Origin: a candidate division WOR-1 bacterium RIFCSPHIGHO2_01_FULL_53_15
Lineage (GTDB): Bacteria > Margulisbacteria > WOR-1 > O2-12-FULL-45-9 > XYB2-FULL-48-7
Assembly: GCA_001772335.1 (NCBI GenBank)
Contig: METM01000029.1
Coordinates: 8,401 to 72,400, forward strand
Length of the DNA: 64,000 nt
Reading direction: 5' to 3'
Below are positions 1 to 7,114 of this stretch, in pieces. A program made the translations under genes and the position numbers. Position 1 is the stretch's first letter. Each line of letters opens with the position of its first letter. Under the pieces are notes generated by a model. The model did no database searches, was not told the origin of the DNA, and saw only the letters and a list, made by a program, of their open reading frames with translations.

Positions 1-1
1 G

Positions 2-223
2 ATAGAGAAGATCAAATTACCTGGAAATGTCGAAAAAATGTGCCTTTCTGCCGCAAAAGTATGCGGAATGAAGTTCTCGGGAATAGATATTAAGAAGAAA
101 AACAAGGATGATTTTGTATTGATAGAATGCAATCCTTCGCCGATGTTTAAGGGATTTAGCGAACGGACCGGTGATAATATTGGCGAGGCCCTTTCAGAAT
201 ATCTTATCAAACTGACAAGATAA
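2..223 (+). CDS. ATP-grasp family enzyme, C-terminal fragment (5' end outside window)
   Basis: Frame is open from the window edge to the stop at 221-223. FVLIECNPSPMFKGFSERTGDNIGEAL resembles the C-terminal lobe of RimK/glutathione-synthetase-type ATP-grasp proteins. Confidence 0.45.
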   Translation: MEKIKLPGNVEKMCLSAAKVCGMKFSGIDIKKKNKDDFVLIECNPSPMFKGFSERTGDNIGEALSEYLIKLTR

Positions 224-414
224 GTGCTTTCTGTTATGAACCCCTGTGGACAACCGCCTGGTGACGATATTTTTAGCACTCTCAAGCCATAAATCAGCTA
301 TTCGTCACCTCCGCTCAACTTGACATAAGATATATTATGCGACATTGAAATAGAGGGCAATAGATGGCACATTAGAGGGCTAAAATGGCAATAAAAGGCG
401 TAAGAATTAAGGCA

Positions 415-1533
415 TCAGTAAAGCTTTTCCCCCGGCGGTTTGATACGCAGGCCAAAAAGGAAGTTTCGCGTGCCGGCATTGAGCAAGTCGTCTCCCTGCG
501 CCAGGAAGTCCATGTAATCGCGCACTTCAAACTCATAGCCCAGCCGGAGCTTGGGGTTGTTCGGCTTCGGGTTGTTGATGTCATAAATATCGCCGATCAG
601 GTTTGCATCCGCCATGGGGTTAAAAACGATGCCGCCGCCGAGCTGGTTGTTGATAACGCCCAGCCGGTAGGCGAACTTGTCGTTGATCCGGTTGGCCAGG
701 ATAAAATCTATGACGGAGAGCTGGCGCGTTGTCTGCCCCTCGCCGATGCCAAAGCGGTAATAAGTATTCTCGCTCTGGATAATGTCGACGTCGCCGCGCA
801 CAGCGTTGGCGAGCCGCCCGATATCAACGCCGCCGGAGGCGCGCAGGTTGACCTTGCCGAATCCCTCAAAGAAGCGGTTGGCGGCAGACAGGGTCTTTTC
901 GGTCTCGCTGATCGTCCCCTTGACATTGGCCTGGAACTTCGGATCGGCCACAACCTCGTTGATCCCCCTGTTCGTCTCACGCAGTTCTTCGGTCAGTTGC
1001 TCAATATCGCCCGCCGCCTTGTCGGCCGTGTAGACCATGTTCATGAAGGCCGCCTGGAGCTTCGGGTTCTCGATGATCTTCCTGACGTTCTCAAGTATCG
1101 CCTTGGTTTCGACCAGGTTCTTTGAGCCGATATCGATAAAGTCGACGATGGCGGCCGTCCGGGCGCCCTCCAGGACCATCCCTTGCCCATAGAGTATCTC
1201 CGACGTGCCGGGCCGGATCTCGAGGAACTTGAGCCCCACGATGCCGTCGTAGGCGACGCGCAGAGTCGAATCCGACGGGATTTTGATGGACGGGTCAACG
1301 ACAGAAAAGACCTTGATGTCGTAAGGGCCGGGATCGATCTTGAGCACTTTGCCGACCTTGGCGCCGCGAAAGCGCACTTCCGAGCCGATCGTCAGCCCCT
1401 CAACATTCTCAAAGGAAGCTATGACCTCATAACCCTTGCCAACCAAGAATATCTCTGTTTTCCAAACGATAACAACTGCGATCAGCGCCAGACCGATTAA
1501 AGTGACAATGCCGACTTTCACCGCGGTAGACAT
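415..1533 (-). CDS. mlaD: MlaD/MCE-family lipid-transport substrate-binding protein with long C-terminal extension
   Basis: 372-aa ORF. N-terminal TM anchor (VGIVTLIGLALIAVVIV) followed by an MCE-like core (GLTIGSEVRFRGAKVGKV). It is the last gene of an mlaE-mlaF-mlaD arrangement. Confidence 0.8.
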   Translation of the reverse strand: MSTAVKVGIVTLIGLALIAVVIVWKTEIFLVGKGYEVIASFENVEGLTIGSEVRFRGAKVGKVLKIDPGPYDIKVFSVVDPSIKIPSDSTLRVAYDGIVGLKFLEIRPGTSEILYGQGMVLEGARTAAIVDFIDIGSKNLVETKAILENVRKIIENPKLQAAFMNMVYTADKAAGDIEQLTEELRETNRGINEVVADPKFQANVKGTISETEKTLSAANRFFEGFGKVNLRASGGVDIGRLANAVRGDVDIIQSENTYYRFGIGEGQTTRQLSVIDFILANRINDKFAYRLGVINNQLGGGIVFNPMADANLIGDIYDINNPKPNNPKLRLGYEFEVRDYMDFLAQGDDLLNAGTRNFLFGLRIKPPGEKLY

Positions 1534-1534
1534 T

Positions 1535-2263
1535 TTATTCCTTCCCTCCAGTGATGAATTTTCTCACGACCGGGTCGCGCGCTTTCTGCGCTTCTTCGGG
1601 CGAGCCAACCTCGATAAATCGCCCCTCATGGAGCATGACGATCCTTTTGGCCGTTTTATAGACCGTCTGCATGACGTGCGTCACCACGATCGACGTCGCC
1701 TTCAGTTCGCGCGACAATTTTACCATCAAATTCTCGATATTGACAGAGGTGATGGGATCAAGCCCTGTCGTCGGTTCGTCATAGAGGATAATGGCGGGAT
1801 CGAAAGCCAGCGCGCGGGCGATCCCCACCCTTTTCTGCATGCCGCCGGAGAGCTCGTCCGGCATCAGGTTCTCCGTCCCCTCAAGCTCGACCAGTTTTAA
1901 TTTTTCCCTGACGACGCGGGCGACCTCCCGCTCGGAGAGCTTCGCGTGCTCCCGCAGGGCGAAAGCGACGTTCTCAAAGACGGTCAGCGAATCAAAGAGC
2001 GCGCCCGACTGGAAGACCATGCCGATCTTTTCCCTCACGGCGATCAATTGGTCCTCGTTGAGGCGGCTGATATCCCGACCGTTGATCGAGATCGAGCCGG
2101 CGGTCGGTTCTTCGATGCGCAGGATGAGACGCAGGAGCGTCGACTTGCCGCAGCCCGAAGGACCGATGATCGCCAGCGATTCCCCGTCCAGTATGTCAAA
2201 ATTGATCCCTTGCAGGACCTTTTTCTCGCCGAAATATTTGGTCAGGTTGTTGAATTTTATCAT
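1535..2263 (-). CDS. mlaF: ABC transporter ATP-binding protein, MlaF-like
   Basis: Walker A GPSGCGKST, signature LSGGMQKRVGIARAL, Walker B ILYDEPTTGLD. Start placed at MIKFNNL (ATG 2261-2263), which overlaps the mlaE stop as ATGA. The longer 305-aa ORF N-terminus is Arg-rich and non-protein-like. Confidence 0.85.
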   Translation of the reverse strand: MIKFNNLTKYFGEKKVLQGINFDILDGESLAIIGPSGCGKSTLLRLILRIEEPTAGSISINGRDISRLNEDQLIAVREKIGMVFQSGALFDSLTVFENVAFALREHAKLSEREVARVVREKLKLVELEGTENLMPDELSGGMQKRVGIARALAFDPAIILYDEPTTGLDPITSVNIENLMVKLSRELKATSIVVTHVMQTVYKTAKRIVMLHEGRFIEVGSPEEAQKARDPVVRKFITGGKE

Positions 2264-3057
2264 TTGAAGAACGCTATAGATAAGAAGTAATTGACGACAA
2301 AAATTGTGATGAGAGCCGTGACGACGGAGGCGGTCGTCGCCTCCCCGACCCCTTTCGCACCGCCTTTGGTCGAAAGGCCGCGGTAACAGGCGATGATCGC
2401 GATTAGCATGCCGAAGACGACCGTCTTGATCAGGCCGCCCCAGACATCCCACATCTTGAGGAGCGAGCGCGCCGTCTCCATATATTCGACGGGGTTGATG
2501 TGCACGACAAAGATGCCGACAAAATAGCCGCCCAGAAAGCCGACCACGTCGGAGGCGATCGTGAGCACCGGCAGCATGAGGGCGCAGGCGATGAAGCGGG
2601 GAATGACCAGATAGCGGACCGGATTGGTCCCCAGCGCCTGGAGTGCCTCGATCTGCTCGGTCACCTTCATCGTCCCGATCTCGGCGGTGATGGCGGCGGC
2701 CACGCGGGCCGCGATGACGATGCCGGCCAGCGCCGGACCCAACTCTCTCGCCATGGCGATCGACATGATGCCGCCGACATATTTGCCGGCGCCGAACCTG
2801 ACAAACTCGGTCGCCACCTGGAGGGCGAAGACCATGCCGATAAAGGCCGAGGCCGCTAACGCCAGCGGAATCGATTCATAGCCGATCTTAACGATTTGCT
2901 CCAGCGTCAGTTTGACCTTTGTCTTGCCGGTCAATATTCCGGAGACTGTCGCCCACCCGAGCTGGGAGATCTGCCCGAGCTCTTCCAGGTAGCCAAGCGT
3001 TCTCTCTCCGATATTTTCAGTAAATCTTTTGTATGGCATAAGGTATTTTTTCCACAA
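2260..3057 (-). CDS. mlaE: ABC transporter permease, MlaE-like
   Basis: 265-aa polytopic membrane ORF with MlaE/YrbE-type sequence (EIGTMKVTEQIEALQALG). It lies directly upstream of mlaF. Confidence 0.8.
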   Translation of the reverse strand: MWKKYLMPYKRFTENIGERTLGYLEELGQISQLGWATVSGILTGKTKVKLTLEQIVKIGYESIPLALAASAFIGMVFALQVATEFVRFGAGKYVGGIMSIAMARELGPALAGIVIAARVAAAITAEIGTMKVTEQIEALQALGTNPVRYLVIPRFIACALMLPVLTIASDVVGFLGGYFVGIFVVHINPVEYMETARSLLKMWDVWGGLIKTVVFGMLIAIIACYRGLSTKGGAKGVGEATTASVVTALITIFVVNYFLSIAFFK

Positions 3058-3820
3058 GATCTGACGCGATCAGGCCGTACTCGCCTTTCTCCCTGGCGGC
3101 AAGATCGCCCGCCAGCCCATGCAAGTATACACCGGCCGAAGCGGCCTCGAAAGAGGAAAGCCCCTGCCCCGCCAACCCGGCGATCATTCCAGTCAGGACG
3201 TCGCCCACTCCACCCGACGCCATGCCGGGATTGCCGGTCGAGTTGATAAAAACTTTTCCGGCCGGATCGGCGACAACGGTTTTGTGGCCTTTAAGAACGA
3301 CCACGCAGCCGAAACGTTTTGCGGTTTCCCGCGCGACAGCGGCGCGGTTCTTCTGGATATGATCAACGCTTTTCTTTATCAAGCGGGACATCTCGCCTGG
3401 ATGCGGAGTTATGATCAGGTTTTTAATTTTTCGCATGATCTCCGGCTCATCAGCAATATTATTCAACCCGTCTGCATCAATTATGAACGTAGAACATAGG
3501 GCGTTGATCGTAGAGCGCAGGAGGGTTCGCGAAGCTTTACTGACAGTCAAACCCGGGCCGATCGCGGCCACATCCGGCTTAACATTATTAATCTTTTCAA
3601 AAGGCAAAGTTATAACTTCTGGAGTCATCGAATCGACGAAATTGACCAGGCCTTTCGGCACGGCAAGATACGTCAGTCCGGCCCCCACCCGCAAACAACC
3701 TCTTGACGCAAGCACCGCCGCGCCGGTCATTCCCGGGGAGCCGGCAATTATCAGGACCCGTCCGTAATCGCCTTTGTTCGTCTCCGGTTTTCGTTTTGGC
3801 AATTTATTAATTTTCGACAT
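3017..3820 (-). CDS. nnrD: ADP-dependent NAD(P)H-hydrate dehydratase (YjeF C-terminal domain family)
   Basis: KGDYGRVLIIAGSPGMTGAAVLA near the N-terminus and GNPGMASGGVGDVLTG near the C-terminus. Start at MSKINK (3820) is preferred; 3838 is possible. Confidence 0.8.
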   Translation of the reverse strand: MSKINKLPKRKPETNKGDYGRVLIIAGSPGMTGAAVLASRGCLRVGAGLTYLAVPKGLVNFVDSMTPEVITLPFEKINNVKPDVAAIGPGLTVSKASRTLLRSTINALCSTFIIDADGLNNIADEPEIMRKIKNLIITPHPGEMSRLIKKSVDHIQKNRAAVARETAKRFGCVVVLKGHKTVVADPAGKVFINSTGNPGMASGGVGDVLTGMIAGLAGQGLSSFEAASAGVYLHGLAGDLAAREKGEYGLIASDLVEKIPYAIQKIY

Positions 3821-4187
3821 AAACCGACGCCACGGCATAATCGCGGGAATGAGATAAGCTGACGTGCGCCTTTTTGCTCAATTTGCCTCTGACTGTCAGC
3901 CGTGGCTTACCGCTTTTTTCGTTGACGACTTCGATTTCCTGCCAGCTGATGCCGTTCTGTTTGCGCCCGAAGCCGGTGATGCCCGTCCCGATCGCTTTTG
4001 AGTAGGCCTCTTTGGCGGCGAACCTGACGGCAAGCTCGGGGAACTTGAGCGCCCGGCGGCTGCGGCAGTATTTTAGTTCTCGGGGGGTAAAAACCTTATT
4101 GAGGAAATTATCGCCGTATTTTTTGACCGCGTCCTTCATCCTCTTGATCTCAATGATATCGATCCCAATCCCCTTGATCATGTTCAA
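3807..4187 (-). CDS. acpS: holo-[acyl-carrier-protein] synthase
   Basis: 126 aa. GIGIDIIEIKRM start, FAAKEAYSKA motif and typical AcpS size. Confidence 0.85.
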   Translation of the reverse strand: MNMIKGIGIDIIEIKRMKDAVKKYGDNFLNKVFTPRELKYCRSRRALKFPELAVRFAAKEAYSKAIGTGITGFGRKQNGISWQEIEVVNEKSGKPRLTVRGKLSKKAHVSLSHSRDYAVASVYVEN

Positions 4188-5098
4188 TAGACGGGCGTTA
4201 TCCAGTCGGCATATTTGGGGTCGTCGCCGCGCGCGGCTTTAAAATAGATCGTTTGCAACTTCTTCGTGATCAGACCGACTTTTCCATCTTTTATCAATTT
4301 GTCGTCAACCGAGGCAATCGGCGAGATCTGCGCGCCGGTGCCGCAGAAAAAGAGCTCGTCGGCGCCGTAAAGCTCGTTCTGCTTGATCTGCCGTTCGATC
4401 GTTTTGAGACCCAGCTCATTGGCGGCCAGTTCCATGACGCAGACGCGGGTGATCCCCGGCAGGATCGTCTCCGAAAGCGGCGGTGTGATCAGCTTACCGT
4501 CCTTGACCATGAAGAGATTTTCGCCCGAGCCCTCGGCGACGGTTTTCTCGTGTGAGAGGAGGATCGCTTCGTCGAAACCCTTTTCCAGCGCTTCGGCCTT
4601 GGCCAGCGATGAATTAATGTAAGTACCGGTGATCTTGGCCCCCTGCGGCACCGACTGGGCGGAGATCCGCCACCAGTTCGAGACGCAGACGCGGATCCCT
4701 TTCGTGATGTCAAGATAAGCGCCGAACGGCGATATGAACATGCAGAAGTCATCTTCGATCCCGATGAGGCCCAGCCCGATCTTTTCCTGCGATTTGTAAT
4801 AGATCGGCCGAATATAAATATCTTCTTTGTAGCCGTTCTTTTTGGCCAGCTCAACTGTGGCAGCGCAGAGCTCATCAACGGAATATTTCATTTCGGACTT
4901 GAGGCCGAGGTTGGTCGACCGGGCCAGCCGCTCATAATGCTCCTTGAGCTTGAGGATAAAGAGCTGGTTCTTTTCGGCGTTCCAGTAGCCGCGGATCCCC
5001 TCAAACACGCCGGTGCCATAGTTAAAAGCGTGCGTCATGATCCCGATCTTGGCTTCGCTAAACGGGACTATTTTGCCTTTAAAAAACGTGTATTTCAT
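4184..5098 (-). CDS. ilvE: branched-chain amino acid aminotransferase (fold type IV PLP enzyme)
   Basis: 304 aa. VFEGIRGY, YIRP and GTGAQISP-type class IV aminotransferase motifs. Confidence 0.85.
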   Translation of the reverse strand: MKYTFFKGKIVPFSEAKIGIMTHAFNYGTGVFEGIRGYWNAEKNQLFILKLKEHYERLARSTNLGLKSEMKYSVDELCAATVELAKKNGYKEDIYIRPIYYKSQEKIGLGLIGIEDDFCMFISPFGAYLDITKGIRVCVSNWWRISAQSVPQGAKITGTYINSSLAKAEALEKGFDEAILLSHEKTVAEGSGENLFMVKDGKLITPPLSETILPGITRVCVMELAANELGLKTIERQIKQNELYGADELFFCGTGAQISPIASVDDKLIKDGKVGLITKKLQTIYFKAARGDDPKYADWITPVY

Positions 5099-5283
5099 AT
5101 TTGTGTAATATCTAAATCTTTACAAATCTTTTTTGCTAAAAGATCGGGAATCTCATTATGTCGAGGAATAGTTGATGTCTTGCGGCTTTGCGGATTAAAG
5201 TAAACCGTATGCCGAGCTCCTTCACGAAGAAAACGGCAATTATTATAAATTAAGTGCTTGATCAATTCTTTCCTTTTCATCAA
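5095..5283 (-). CDS. hicA: HicA-family mRNA interferase toxin
   Basis: 62 aa. KELIKHL...REGARHTVYFNP...STIPRHNEIPDLLAKKICKDLDI matches the HicA/YcfA pattern. The stop overlaps the ilvE ATG as ATGA. AT-rich relative to its flanks. Confidence 0.8.
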   Translation of the reverse strand: MMKRKELIKHLIYNNCRFLREGARHTVYFNPQSRKTSTIPRHNEIPDLLAKKICKDLDITQI

Positions 5284-5501
5284 GCATTGACTCCGATTTC
5301 TTCCTTTACCACCTGACGCCCAACGAGGTCCCTTTCCGCGAGCTCACGATTTGATTGCAAAACAAGCTCAATTGCTTCTTTTAAATTATCTCTGGCTTCG
5401 TCTAACGTTTTCCCCTGGGTATTAGCGCCGGGAAGTTCTTCTACATAACCAATGAACCAATCTTCAGTTTTTTCAAAAACCGCCGTAAAAGTATTTACCA
5501 C
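5280..5501 (-). CDS. hicB: HicB-family antitoxin (UPF0150-type, no appended DNA-binding domain)
   Basis: 73 aa. FTAVFEKTEDWFIGYVEELPGANTQGKTLDEARDNLKEAIELVL is a typical HicB N-domain. There is a 4-nt overlap with hicA. Confidence 0.8.
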   Translation of the reverse strand: MVNTFTAVFEKTEDWFIGYVEELPGANTQGKTLDEARDNLKEAIELVLQSNRELAERDLVGRQVVKEEIGVNA

Positions 5502-5612
5502 CTTTGCACCTCCTTTGACGCTATTCTACCACAAAAATGTTTTCGAGAATAGCTGAAATTATTGCCGGAAACTGCCGATTACCGATTAATGTATGGAGGA
5601 CATAAGGCGCGA

Positions 5613-5642
5613 GGAAACCGCGACGCTCAGTCGCAGGTTTCC
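5613..5642. repeat. GGAAACCGCGAC / GTCGC(A)GGTTTCC hairpin element, copy 1
   Basis: ggaaaccgcgac-gctca-gtcgcaggtttcc: 12-bp stem with one bulge and a 5-nt loop. The same arms recur at 8685-8738. Confidence 0.6.
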
Positions 5643-5789
5643 GAGCTTATGTTCAAATATAACGGAATTTGAATCAAAGGAGGAAAAGATATCAAAGATA
5701 TCTCTTTTAACCAATTTTTAAGCACACGCGGTTGCGCACACCCCAGATTCCGAGCGATCGGACCTGATCGAAGGGTTGGCCGTATCTCA

Positions 5790-7046
5790 TTGATTGATAA
5801 TAAACCCGTTGTTGTTTTTAATAACAACCCTTCGCCCGCGGAAACCGCATTAGCTGCTGTAACAGCAAAAGAATTGGATTTTCTTTCCAAAGTCATTTTT
5901 GCGACCGATCGTAATTCTCAAGTCATTGCCTCGAGAGCCACTAAACACACATATTCTTTTCCGCACTCTTATTTGGAATTTGTTCCTCTTGTTCAGAAAA
6001 TATTGGCAGGGGAAGTGCCTCCGGCAATGTATATTGATGCGCATCCGGGGAATAGATGTGATTTTTGCTGTATCGAATGTTTTGACGATCCAATATTAAA
6101 GGGAAACAAAAGTTTTTTTCCATTTCCGCTTTTCTTGTCCCTCATTGAAGAAATAGCTACGGATTCAAGATCTCATGGCGTTGAGCATGTTCATCTTGAT
6201 CTTTCCGGCAGAGGAAATCCGATAATATATAAAGGAATAAAACCCTCAATTGTCAAGGCCGCGGAACTCGGGATGCACACCACATTCACGTCTACGGGAA
6301 GCGGGCTGGATAATGTTACGATAGATTTGCTAGGCAAACATGCTTTTCAGGTAAAATTAAGCATAAATGGCCTTAATGACAATAGTTATCTGCAAATCCA
6401 CAAGCCAAAAAACTCGTTTTCACTTGATAAAGCAAAAAGGAACCTTGTTGCTTTATTGGAGGCAAGGGTCCAACACGGAAGAGAAAGAGAACTACTTATC
6501 GGCATCCAGTCTTTTATCCACCCTGGCAACGCCGGATCAATTTTTCCATTTGCCGAAATGGTCAGGGAAATGGAAGTTGACTATATATCTTTTCGACAGA
6601 TTATTCAGAGGTCAGGTTTGCCAATAGACATACCTCCCGGAGTATATGACGAAGTAGATTCAGCGAGAACACTAGAAACAAGTCGATTTAAAGTCTTATC
6701 CTCATCCTCCAGGATGAAAATGTTTCCTGTTGTTGATCCGGAACCTGCGACCGGATTTTGCTTTATGAGTCAGGCGCGACCAAATATTGAGCCGGACGGA
6801 GGAGTATATCCTTGCGCAACAAAATCAGATTCAAGCAACATAGATTGGTTGTTTGGCCGTTACAACAAACCAGGAGATTATAAGAAAATTTGGTACGAAG
6901 AGGCCGCTAATATTAGAAGAAAAGCTCCTGCTTCGTGCCCAACTTGCTATTTCTGGGAAATAAATGCTCTGGCAGGATGGATTGGCCGGGTGCTTACCAG
7001 TGACCCCGCCGCCCGCTTCTTCCAATTGATTGAAACGGCATCATAA
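5790..7046 (+). CDS. radical SAM protein with C-terminal SPASM/twitch-like Cys motifs; substrate unknown
   Basis: CDFCCIEC gives CxxxCxxC (HPGNRCDFCCIECF). SGRGNP is a GGE-like motif. The C-terminus has CFMSQARPNIEPDGGVYPC (C-x13-G-x4-C) and CPTC. It is an AT-rich plus-strand singleton. The start is uncertain: TTG 5790 has a weak SD, and ATG 6027 would leave only 8 residues before the cluster. Confidence 0.7.
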   Translation: MIDNKPVVVFNNNPSPAETALAAVTAKELDFLSKVIFATDRNSQVIASRATKHTYSFPHSYLEFVPLVQKILAGEVPPAMYIDAHPGNRCDFCCIECFDDPILKGNKSFFPFPLFLSLIEEIATDSRSHGVEHVHLDLSGRGNPIIYKGIKPSIVKAAELGMHTTFTSTGSGLDNVTIDLLGKHAFQVKLSINGLNDNSYLQIHKPKNSFSLDKAKRNLVALLEARVQHGRERELLIGIQSFIHPGNAGSIFPFAEMVREMEVDYISFRQIIQRSGLPIDIPPGVYDEVDSARTLETSRFKVLSSSSRMKMFPVVDPEPATGFCFMSQARPNIEPDGGVYPCATKSDSSNIDWLFGRYNKPGDYKKIWYEEAANIRRKAPASCPTCYFWEINALAGWIGRVLTSDPAARFFQLIETAS

Positions 7047-7114
7047 GACAAATGGAGCATATGAGAATAAATATAACATAATTTGGATCGAAAAAGTTTC
7101 AGTGAAAATCTTTT

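Noticed and set aside
224-414. Convergent intergenic region between the ATP-grasp fragment and mlaD, considered as an sRNA or terminator locus.
   Set aside because: I could not find a convincing stem-loop, U-tract or repeat.
5627-5896. The 89-aa minus-strand ORF upstream of, and overlapping, the radical SAM gene as a real regulator gene.
   Set aside because: Only a roughly 24-aa stretch looks HTH-like. The rest is low-quality sequence overlapping the rSAM N-terminus and the hairpin repeat. I treat it as a possible decayed fragment (mentioned in a finding), not as a gene.
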